A stretch of DNA of 64,000 nucleotides from Styela clava (taxonomy: Eukaryota): positions 8,308,001 through 8,372,000 of the forward strand of contig NC_135260.1 in the NCBI RefSeq assembly GCF_964204865.1. Reading direction: 5' to 3'. The notes under the pieces are model-generated. The model made no database searches and had not been told where the DNA came from. It saw only the letters and a program-made list of their open reading frames with translations. Positions 36,133 through 46,469 of the stretch are shown here, one piece after another; position 1 is the first letter of the stretch; each line of letters begins with the position of its first letter. A program made the position numbers and the translations under genes.

Positions 36133-38236
36133 TTTCTTTATTTTAGTTCTATTACGAGTTCGGGGACTGTCTGACTTAGCCTAGTGAATATACCCCCTGC
36201 CCATAGGTTTCAGTCATTTTACACAACTTGATGTAAAGTAGGCGAACAATGTTTGTATGATATAATTAGGATATAGTATATATCTTTTAAATATTACCTA
36301 CGTCAATATAAACGCAATCCAATAAAAACATGAGGCTAAAGGCTAAACGATCCTAATTCACATATTCCATTTAAATCTCTTGTTTCCGTCGAATCCTGAC
36401 ATATTCAGTTTCGATTTCTAAAAACATTCTGTCTCACACATAGCAATTTTTAGAACATCAGTTCCCTTAGAAACTCGCGTTTTGCGGCATCCGTCCAGAC
36501 CACCTGTTACAGTCAAACTTGGCAATTACAAATTTCAGGGTACTCCCGGAGTATGTGTATCAAGATTAGAATTCAGGTTTGTGCGACATCTTGGTACACA
36601 TACTCCGGAGCGCTGAATGCTAAGACACTTGGCACTTATGTGTTCATATACAGGGGACAGAGAATATGGAGGTAAACTATTCATTGTGAAATTTCAAAAC
36701 TACTGTATATGTATATGCATCCAAACTTTACATTTTCAAGTCCTATTCCTGTAAATCAAAGTTACATTTTATGATAATAGGTACACATCTTCACATGAAA
36801 TTAGGTACAAATCTTTAAACATTTTGCTGGAGTCTTGACAATGCGGTAGTTGATTGAAATTTGAGTCTATATATTTTCACTTTGCTCGCTTTTTTCATCC
36901 GAAGCTATTTATCTATCTCAATTTTTTTGTAAACATGAATAAATAGTTGAGCTGTTCAAATAGTCAATAGGATAAGCTCTATTGGGGTTGCTACTTATTT
37001 GTACTGTATTTTACGGAAAGTTCTCATAACAATCTTCGAAGTCAGTACATATAAATATTATTCCGAGATTCAGTTTATTATTGAATTTTCTTATGTCAAT
37101 ATAAACGCAATCCAATAACAACATGAAGCCAAAACGATTCTGATTCCCCCTTTATATTACCAGAAACCCTTGACGACATTGGTTCGCATCAACGAACATT
37201 AATGCTAACCACATAAGAATTTGAGTGGGTCGGATCACGAATACTCTTTACCACAATTGTATAATGATTTCATAAGTAAAGGAATTTATTTGTTTTTCGT
37301 ATGATTTTGCAACTTATACAAAGAATGCTTGTCGCAGGATGTTAACTCAGTTGAATTTCTAAGCATGATGGGCAAATGTTTCAAAGTTGGCTAGAGCGAG
37401 GATTTTTTTACGTAAATATGCTTCTTGGTTAAATATGCTTAGTGCTATACAAATCTTTTGTTTTGATCGCTGGTCGTCTGGCAATTTGTACCGAAATTGA
37501 GATCCTACATGAGGTTGTAATCAATTCGATAGATGGCTAAGAAGGATTATATAAACGTTTATTTTTTATGTTTGCTATTTTATAACTACTAAAATTAGTA
37601 TCAGTAAAAATAGTAAATCAGTCACTTCAATATAGTAACAGCTTATAGCGATATCTTATATCGATCTTTCCCATGTTGTCGAAATCTAAACGGGGACAGA
37701 AGATTAATAGTGTTCGTACTTCCGGATTCAGATATCATGCCGGAAGTCGTTACAAGTAATATGATACTGTAATTAGGGATTTGTTCATTTGCTTTCCGTT
37801 TTTATTGCCCTCTTGCTTTAATGCATATTTCAATTTACATTTTCTTTTTCTCTGCTGAATTAAGTATAGATGCGTGATTGCCTTTTCAGTTAAGACTTAA
37901 TTTTGGATGGCCAATGCTGGCAGATTCTTGTTGTTGCAAACGCCAAATAAATCTGTTATTCCCTTCCTGTAACATAGCGGCGAGATTTTGTAACGGTTTG
38001 AGGAAGGATCTCGGAATTCCGTTAAAATATGCATCGCAAACGAAATCATACACATACTTTGTCAAAATAGCTACGGTTCGCGCAGGCTTTGATTGAAAGG
38101 GTAGTTTATTAAGACGTACTTCAAAAGAGATTTAAAAGGTTTGTGGTACCTGCTGTTATCAAGCTACCTAAAATACAAGCTACAGTAGATGCAACATATT
38201 AGAAGTTTCTTTGAACAGTTATTAAAATGAATGTTA

Positions 38237-38545
38237 TTATTTATCGATCTTAAGATCGGTAAGTATGTCGATAGATATTTGTCTGTTTGTGTGTTTGTCT
38301 GTTAGACACTTTCGTATGTTACGCGCTATCTCAAGAAAGCGAAGTTGAATCTCCTCCAAATTTTGCATGTGCATTCATCATATTTTAGAAGTCTATTGAT
38401 TTTGGATGAATTATGTCGTATAATTAGCGAGTTATTATTTAATTAGTGATGGGACACACGATGTGAATCAAAACCGCAGTTTCTGTTTTGGGGATTCCCC
38501 AACTTTCGATCGATAAGTCTTCGGTCTCAGACCGATATTTTCGTT
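38237..38545 (+). mobile_element. DINE-1/HINE-like element (family A), second copy
   Basis: TTATTTATCGATCTTAAGATCGGTAAGTA, GTCT/GTTT repeats, ATCGATAAGT plus TCGGTCTCAGACCGA hairpin; reverse complement of 15825-16115. Confidence 0.8.
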
Positions 38546-39084
38546 TCTTTAGTTATTCTGTTTTGATCGATGGTTCATCCTTTATTGTCCTGTGGTAAAA
38601 TTTCAGCGCCAAAAGAATAGCGGGCCCGCAAAACGTCTATATTTCGAATATCATGAAAAAATTTTTTCTCATTTTCCACCTAATGCCGGAATTGGTTTTG
38701 GTTTATTGGTCGTAGAATACGAAATTTGACCTTTTTTGCGATCAGAACCACTAAATAGGAGAAATACTTTTGTCACGAAATCGATACACTCGTCCGTGTT
38801 ATGAATTTGTTTTTGTCAATACACACAATTATTGCGACAGAAACAAATGGAAAAGTTACAAATCAATTCAAAATAAACGAAACCGGACGAAAGAAAAAAG
38901 ACACATACACACAGTATAAAGCATATTATCTCTTAACAAATGCAAGTTTATCCGCTGCCAAGGTTTAAAAATGAAGTGCCGAATATCGCGTGTCTAGACT
39001 GACAAACGATCCTACAATAACGTCCACAGTATGCGGAAGTTATTGTCTCAGTCCAAGAGTAGTGTGATACATTTTATTCGCAAT

Positions 39085-39311
39085 GGTAGCAGTGGTATCA
39101 AAATGCCCAAATCGTTCTAATTCTAGCGAAGCGAAGCGAAGAATCGCGTTTGGAGGAAATTGTAAATAAGATACTGAAGTTTGAGCAGTCATGTAACATT
39201 CATGGTTCGAGAATATTTATTTTTCGCTGTTTGGATAATACTTGGCAACGTCGGTCGCAATCTATTTTGAGATTTTAGTCGATCGCGGTCGAAACCAGGT
39301 TTGCCCCCCTT
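39085..39311. mobile_element. Partial copy of the 20872-21714 hAT MITE
   Basis: CGAAGAATCGCGTTTGGAGGAAATTGTA..GATACTGAAGTTTGAGCAGTCATGTAACATTC is the reverse complement of ~21240-21385; ends GTTTGCCCCCCTTG. Confidence 0.7.
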
Positions 39312-39556
39312 GGTCCTGATATATATTGTACGCAAAAATCTATTGCCAAACGAACGTCCCTAATCTGACATACATCCAGGCTTGTATTTTCGAATTAGAA
39401 TATTATAAACTTCTGCTGTGGAAACCATGCCAACAAAACGCAAGAACTCTTTCTCCAAAGAATCAACATCGTTTGTTTCCTCTTATTCGCTATTTTATTT
39501 CATGTTCAGTGTTTTAACATAACGCTTTACATTTTACAGTAAGACGATTAGACAAA

Positions 39557-41596
39557 ATGAACGGCTCGATTAATAAAAGAAGCGAAAAGCTCACTGAAAC
39601 AATTTTTGACGATCTGAAATCTGGCAACGAGTGTAACATAGACTGCTATTCCAAGCATGCAAAATACTATGAAGAAGCATTGACTGGTATCGGATATGTT
39701 GTTCCCCGTTGGTGTGCTGAACATTCGCTGAAGCATGTTGCAACTTCATCAGAAAATCTGAAGGCGTTGGACATTTGTGTTGGTGAGTTACTCGCATAAT
39801 TTTCACGGATTTTTGCACTGGCATGATTCTTTTCGGCGATGCTCACATATTGTTGGTAAACGCGTCCGACAGACCCAAGTTAATTGTATCGTTCTATGAG
39901 GTCCCGAAAAATGAGTGAACCTTCTGTTGCAAGATGGGAGTATATATACTTAAAAAAGTGCGACTCTCGCTCAAACACATTACGCTTAAATAGCACCAAA
40001 TCATATTTCAAAAATATTGTATTTCACAGGCACTGGACTTGGAGCAAAATCGCTGTCCGATTCGGGATTTATTGGCGTTATCGACGCAGTAGATGGAAAT
40101 GCAGCCATGTTGGAAGAAGCTAAAAAAAAGGGAATCTTTCGGTACGTGATTGTTTTCGACTTGCTCAAAACCCTTTTATGATCTATTCTACTGTTTCGTT
40201 ACATTGATATTTTGTACAATTGCAGAGATTTGAAGCAATGCATCATAAAACCCGATGTGCCACTGCCGTTTGAAGATGAAACCTATGATATTGCAATCTG
40301 TATTGGGTCATTTAGTGCTGGTCACATTCGAGCAGAATGTATTGTGGTAAAATTTCGTTTTTTTTTCAAATAAAAACAAATTCACCGTTTTTGTAATTAG
40401 TGTTTGAACTTTATTTATGTTTTGAGCAAGTATTATATTACCAGGCTTGTCCATGGGACGCAGAATGTATTGTGATTAAATTTCGTTTTTTTTTTCAAAT
40501 AAAAACAAATTCACCGTTTTTGTAATTGGTGTTTAAACTTTATTTATGTTTTGAGCAAGTATTACCAGGCTTGTCCATGGGACGCAGAATGTATTGTGGT
40601 AAAATTTCGTTTTTTTTTCAAATAAAAACAAATTCACCGTTTTTGTAATTGGTGTTTAAACTTTATTTATGTTTTGAGCAAGTATTACCAGGCTTGTCCT
40701 GGTCTCATGGGATGGGATGGGGCGGCACACATTTGTATTTCCCATGAGACACGAAAACCGTATAATTTTTGGGGAAATGATGGTAAAACATTTCGTTATG
40801 GATTTCGTATTCATATATTTCAGTATAGCTCTCTTGTTAGTTATAAAGAGCAAAATATATTTACTATTAACAATATACTTCGTGAAGGGCTGATTATAAA
40901 GTTAACAAAGTCCGTAAATTTTGTTGTTTTGCATGTCTTTTCATGCATGTAGTCCTATTTAGTAGACGCTAAACCTAGATTTAACAATTTTTATTGAATT
41001 GTATTACAATGGGAATCCCGTGGGATGGGACAGAAAAATATGTCTGAGTATTAAGGGTTGATCGGGGTTTTGAAACTCAAATGAACTTTTTAACTCAGCT
41101 GTTACTAACCTTGCTTAATAAAGAAAGTAATGTTTCCCTTTTCGTTCAGGATTTCTTTCGAATTCTGAAAAAAGGAGGGACCTTTGCTTTCAACACTACG
41201 AACTTTCATTCCGATGATAATCAAGCGAATGATGATGACTTGAATAAAGCTGATCAAGTCATTGATGCCCTTATAAAAGACGGTGTTTGTGAACTGATGA
41301 GTCTGGTAAGTTTTGTGGTGTGACTGCAATGCCTCTTCGATACAATAGCCTTCCCATATTTATCATGGGAAGGGAAAACTTATATATATATACTACTAAC
41401 CAGTTTATGTGGAGTATGTTGGAATAGCTTACCATTTAATCGGATCCGTAATTAGAGTTTTGTAATTTTTAGTAACTTTCGGTTTTAATTTGTCTCTTCA
41501 TTTCAGAATATTTGCGAGAGCATGGACCGCGTATCAAAAGATTACAAATACATCAAAGGGAATATTGACAAACTTCGTTGTCTGAGAAAAAAGTAG
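39557..41596 (+). CDS. METTL27: METTL27/WBSCR27-like SAM-dependent methyltransferase (~234 aa, 5 exons)
   Basis: Exons 39557-39782, 40030-40141, 40226-40346, 41150-41305, 41507-41596 sum to 705 nt in frame. Motifs YSKHAKYYEEALTGIGYVVP, ALDICVGTGLG, DAVDGNAAMLEEAKKKG, LPFEDETYDIAICIGSFSAGHI, RILKKGG. Confidence 0.85.
40333..40699 (+). repeat. Tandem triplication (~125-bp unit) spanning exon 3 donor and a MITE end
   Basis: Three units GCAGAATGTATTGTG(G/A)T...AGTATTA..CCAGGCTTGTCC starting at ~40333, ~40461 and ~40585. Confidence 0.92.
40689..41046. mobile_element. MITE with 8-bp TSD (hAT-like)
   Basis: CAGGCTTGTCC...ATATGTCTG with ATGGGA repeats; TSD AGTATTAC/AGTATTAA (40681-40688, 41047-41054). 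Confidence 0.65.
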
Positions 41597-42908
41597 AATG
41601 CGGACATATATGGTGTGAAAGTCCACAAAGTTTATATTGATATTACTTCTTAGAAGTGTAATGTTTTAGAATGCTGATATTTTCGCCAAGGTACAATTTT
41701 GAACAACAGAAGATGAACTATATGTAGTATATATATATATTTCTGTTTTGTGTTTTTCCGAACTCTCCTGAGTGTATGTTTCTCAACGTAAGAACTATAA
41801 TACTACATTAGCCTACTTTGTTTTCTATCTTCAATATAGCTGTTATCCAGTATATGTCAATGTCATTAAATACAAGGTCATACAATCAGTTGATGCGCCA
41901 TTTGTTCATCCAGCAAGTAGCCTAGTTGATCCGGTATCCGAGGGTTGGTAATTATCAACTGTGCAGTCAAGAACGCGCTGATAACGTTTAACTGCAAACT
42001 TCCTTCCGAGCCACTCCAAAATGACGGAGTGTAAACGGCGACTATATGGTCTCGAGGTTACAAGGATATCATCACTCGTTGCTCTCATCATGTCTAGCTA
42101 AATAAAATTCAATTCTACTTTGCAAAGGAACACTCCCATTCGCGCTTCTTCACAATCACAACACACATAAATACATATACAAGTCTTATTTGACACCCCT
42201 AATATGACTTTTTCTACCAACCGGATCTTGTCATTAGGGGCCCCTAAGCACTCGAAACTTTGGATATTTTGGTGTCCTTTTAAAATAGATTAGATAGTGA
42301 GTTGAATTTAGAAACACTTTAACAAACTCAAGCTGTGATAAATCTTCATGACACCAGAAATCCGATGTTATATTATATCCGTTTTACATGGCTCATAAAT
42401 AAAACATAACTGGAAAATAAAATTATCTCAAGATTTTTTTAAATAAACGGATCTAAGACGAAAAAGATCAGAAATAGTAAGAAATATAATAAATAATAGA
42501 TTTGCTGTTGCTAAGATAAATTTAAATAAATTGCTATATGTCGATGTTTTTTTGTCAAAATATAAAAACTCTATTATTTTAAACACTGTTCAATTTTATA
42601 TAAATAAGTTCATAAGGTTAGAGGGGTAGAGACAAATTCATTATTTATATATTCGGTCGCATTTATTTTTTTACCCATTTAAATGATAAACATATGAGAT
42701 AAAAATTATCAACACTGATTAAAAATTAATCAAATATTAGTTTATGAAATTCTTGAACAAGCCCTTACAGTAGGAATTTTTTTTGAAATAATCGAAATTT
42801 TAAAATTCAATGACGCTGCTACAAGGCCTAATGGTAAATCCGACACCGCCAATCAGACATCTCTTTCCAAGCAACGTTGGATTGCTTTCTTTTATTAGTA
42901 TTTTTGTG

Positions 42909-43088
42909 TAGTGGTGGGATTCAGCCGGTTCGCACCGGTTCTATAGAACCGTCTCACGGAATTTTATAAGATCAGCGAACCGGTTAGCATTATTGGTTAC
43001 TGGCAATGTTCTGTTTGTAACAGAACCGGCTGAAAAATATGACTTTTGTGAAAGAAGCGGCTGACAAAAAATTTGAATCCCACCACTG
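42909..43088. mobile_element. hAT MITE
   Basis: TAGTGGTGGGATTCA...TGAATCCCACCACTG; TSD TTTTTGTG/GTTTTGTG; GAACCGG subterminal repeats. Confidence 0.88.
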
Positions 43089-44084
43089 GTTTTGTGTATT
43101 TTTTGTCAGTTTTCAATTGTGTTTCCGAAAAGTAGGTCTAAATCCAATAACTCAATTATCACTGTGTCTTTCGAGGAGATTCAGTTGGAATAATCCAAAA
43201 TTAGTCCCGCAAACGCTGCGATGGACTAGTAGGCCAAAATTAACCATCAGTGCCTGCAAGCTGCACGTGGTCAAATAGTTTTGAAAATCATGTTTTTAAA
43301 CATTTAAACCAATTTAATTTGTCTTTTTTCCCAATATTTATTATGCAGTTGTAATCAATTTTCTGAGACAGTACAACATCTCTGAATCAAATTTATCTCA
43401 AGGAAAACATAGACTTTTGTATGATATATATAATTTTGAATAACGTAATGGGTGGGGAGAGAATTCTGTTTATCAGAGATGGTAATTTGGATGGAGCTCG
43501 CTCAACTATTCATTTTAAAATTTTGGCCAAAAATATCAGGACTTCTAATCTCAAATTGATGTGGAACATTCTTCCAGTTGAGGTAATACAAGAATAAGAC
43601 GTATTTCTGGGGATGACATATGTATACGGTGTAAACAAAACCCTGAATTTGTATCTCACCAGTTTTGGAATTGTATTTTCACACAAAATGTATTTGATCA
43701 TGTTTTTTTTCTGTTTCATTAAAAATGAATAACTGTGTGTTGAAAAATGGTTATAAAACTTGCATCTAAATGGACTTAAATGATCAATGCTACTCACATT
43801 TATTCAATGTGGAGCGTAATGCATTATATTGTGTACACTGTACAGCAAGGTATAAAATTTGGTTGGAACGAAATGCCACCATTTTTCAAAATCATAATCC
43901 AAGTGTAAATAATGTAAATATGAAATGTAGAAGCTCCATTATAGCAAGAAGTAGCCTAATATTGAAAAATATAGAAAAAGAAATCTTGTTATATATATAA
44001 GAAAACCCAACTTGATATGTGATAGCTCATGACTAATTAGGATCTTTGTTATTATAAATATATCACATAACTGGAATGTCCTGG

Positions 44085-44412
44085 GATTTACATATTTAGC
44101 CCGGGGGAGAGGGAAGCCGATAAGACGGCTTAACCATGTGGCGAACCACGGCCTCTCGCCCGGTTACCATTCCATGTCGGTTATGGGATAAGTTAGTTAC
44201 CGTATTTGTTTTCGGAAGCGTGGACTTTAAGGTGGAGGAGCTGTAACCGACCAGCGGTTACGTGAATCACCTCACGGCGGCGAGTAGTCCAGCAATCCTC
44301 TCGCACATAACCATCCCGCATGGGATTTGAACCTGCGAACTCACGCAGAGTAATTAGAAGTACGGTGGCTAGCGTACTCTTAACGCTTAGCACGATGAGC
44401 CACACCACCGCG
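44085..44412 (-). mobile_element. tRNA-derived SINE
   Basis: On - strand: A-box-like GTGGCTCATCGTGCTAAG (~44403-44386), B box GGTTCAAATCC (44333-44323), then a GC-rich ~240-bp body; no tRNA 3' acceptor stem. Confidence 0.72.
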
Positions 44413-44786
44413 CTTTTTGAGGCATAAATACAAAAAAAAAATAAGGCAAGAAAAATATACGAATTGTGCGAAGCAGATTTAATTATTCAACAAAAAAAAC
44501 ACAAAAAGTCAGTCTTTCTGGTAATTAAATTTGTGTTTTTCTCGTGATTTTCCCGCTTTAAAAAAATCTTTGTTAGTTTCCACAAGTTTAATTTCCTGCC
44601 AAAAGTTTATGTAAATTTGTAATCCTCACGGAAATATAATAATCAATGAACTCTCGCTAAGACAAAGAACTGTCAGCAAGGCGCCGTAAAATAGAAGGCT
44701 ATGCAAACCTGAAAACTATCTGATTAATAGAACCTGCTCATAAAAGAGCCTCCCACTAGCAGTGCGTTATAAACTAAAAATAAGAA

Positions 44787-45240
44787 ACTTACCCAATTTT
44801 GTCATCATCAGGGCAGCCCTGTCATAAAGCCCGACCTGTCGTGGTTACGACAGCAAAATTTTACCCGCCATCGGAATATCTACTTAAAAACCTGAAACCT
44901 AATCCCAAATACATCTAGACCGTATCTATAAAAAAAATGTTCCAACTTACCCAATATTTGTCATCATCAGGGCAGCTATGTTTTAACGGCCGACCTGCCG
45001 TGGTCACGACAGCAAAATTTTACCCGCCATCGATTTTCAATTTGCTGCGCGGTGGCAGCTAAAAAGTCAGTCGCCGTGAGTTTGGCCATAGCGGCCGTGG
45101 TTTGAAAATATCGCCATGGTTTTGCGGCAGCTCCGGACGCCGCGAAATCTTAAAACCATGGTTAACTGAATATTCAGGTAACCATGTTAATTAAAACTGC
45201 ACTTGGAGGCAGGAGCTGCCATGAAGTGGTAAAAACTGCG
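44787..45240. repeat. Dispersed repeat with internal duplication
   Basis: AACTTACCCAAT..GTCATCATCAGGGCAGC..ACGACAGCAAAATTTTACCCGCCATCG occurs at ~44787-44873 and ~44944-45032; related copy at ~51490-51840. Confidence 0.65.
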
Positions 45241-45260
45241 CCTCAAATTGTGGGCTAGAG

Positions 45261-46078
45261 CAGCGTTGCCATATTGGCTTTTTTAAAGCCAAATTTGCCA
45301 TTCTGGCTTTTTTCAAACACGTTTGGTGTCAGCATTTCCGTTTGGCTTACTGGCGTTTTTTAAGTCCATTCTAGTTTCTAATATTAAAATCATATGGAAT
45401 ACAATATTTAGTGTGTAACAATAGCCTATTGCCGGTACTGTAGTACCGGTACTTAGTAACCGGTTCCGGTACTTAACATTAGGATTTCCCGAGCATCGAT
45501 TTCCTTGTTTATTACCTTAACGCTTAATCATACCCAATAAGAAATAATTGCAGTTTCTGCAGCCACTCAAACAGATATTCAAGCAGGGTTGTAAACATTG
45601 CCTAGTTTTCATAGTTTTGCGTGTTATTTGTCAGTTTTTAGTTCTGTTTCCAAAAAATAGTTGTATAACTTACTTTAGTTTTATTGCAGTCTCACAGATA
45701 TTTCTGCATTTTGTTTGTCTGTTTACTTTTTGGATTATTTATGTCAGAGAACCAAATAACATTTTTTTAAGAATACAAATGCCTAGTTTTATCTCTGATA
45801 GCAAATCATTTACCACCTCCTAAATTTTGAAACTCCCCCCCTAAAGAGAAAAGCTGGGGAACATACGGTACTGCTTTAAACCCTTCATCCCGCGTATATG
45901 GAAATTCGTTGAAAATACAACTTTCAATGGGAAAAGACATTTGTGTGGCTCACTGAGGGCTTAAAATCTGACAAATCACGGGGCTTTTGTACTTACCGGT
46001 AGTAAAATTGTTGGCTTTTCCTGACTTTTTTTTATGTCTTGATTTGGCTTTTTTGACTGCTGGGATCTGGCAACGCTG
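45261..46078. mobile_element. hAT MITE
   Basis: TIR CAGCGTTGCCA / TGGCAACGCTG; perfect TSD GGCTAGAG (45253-45260, 46079-46086); TGGCTTT subterminal repeats. Confidence 0.9.
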
Positions 46079-46469
46079 GGCTAGAGTGTAGGCCCTAAGA
46101 AAAGGCAGTCAGGGCCAAACAATGTTTATTAAGTTCGACAATTTATCTGATATGGAGTTTAGATTCATAGCCTATGTCAAAAAAATATAATGGATGAGTT
46201 ATTCATGCAGTTTTAATTCATAAAACAACCTAGCTTCAGGAATTACATATCAGCATATGGTCAGTATGACTGAGGTTCATTCAATATATGAAATCATGTT
46301 TTGTATGGGCGGTAGACTACTATGAATACAGGAATAAGAGACCGAATTAATCATGGTTTTAAATAGTTAATATGTATCAATGTTAAAATTATTCGACTTT
46401 ATTTTTCGTATGGTACCGTACGGTAGTAGTCTATTGTAATACAGTAATTATTGACTAAGTTTCGTCATT

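Noticed and set aside
40333-40699. CRISPR-like array
   Set aside because: Whole units are repeated with no unique spacers, the context is a eukaryotic intron, and there are no cas genes.
41906-42091. ORF with DDILVTSRP resembling an RT YxDD or NACHT motif
   Set aside because: Too short; no flanking domains or supporting exons found.
42800-43260. Possible LINE endonuclease relic (SETQ...GGVGFTI) split by a MITE
   Set aside because: Only two short motifs amid stops; insufficient without an alignment.
44320-44412. Functional tRNA gene
   Set aside because: No convincing cloverleaf or acceptor stem and no poly-T terminator; continues into a SINE-like body.
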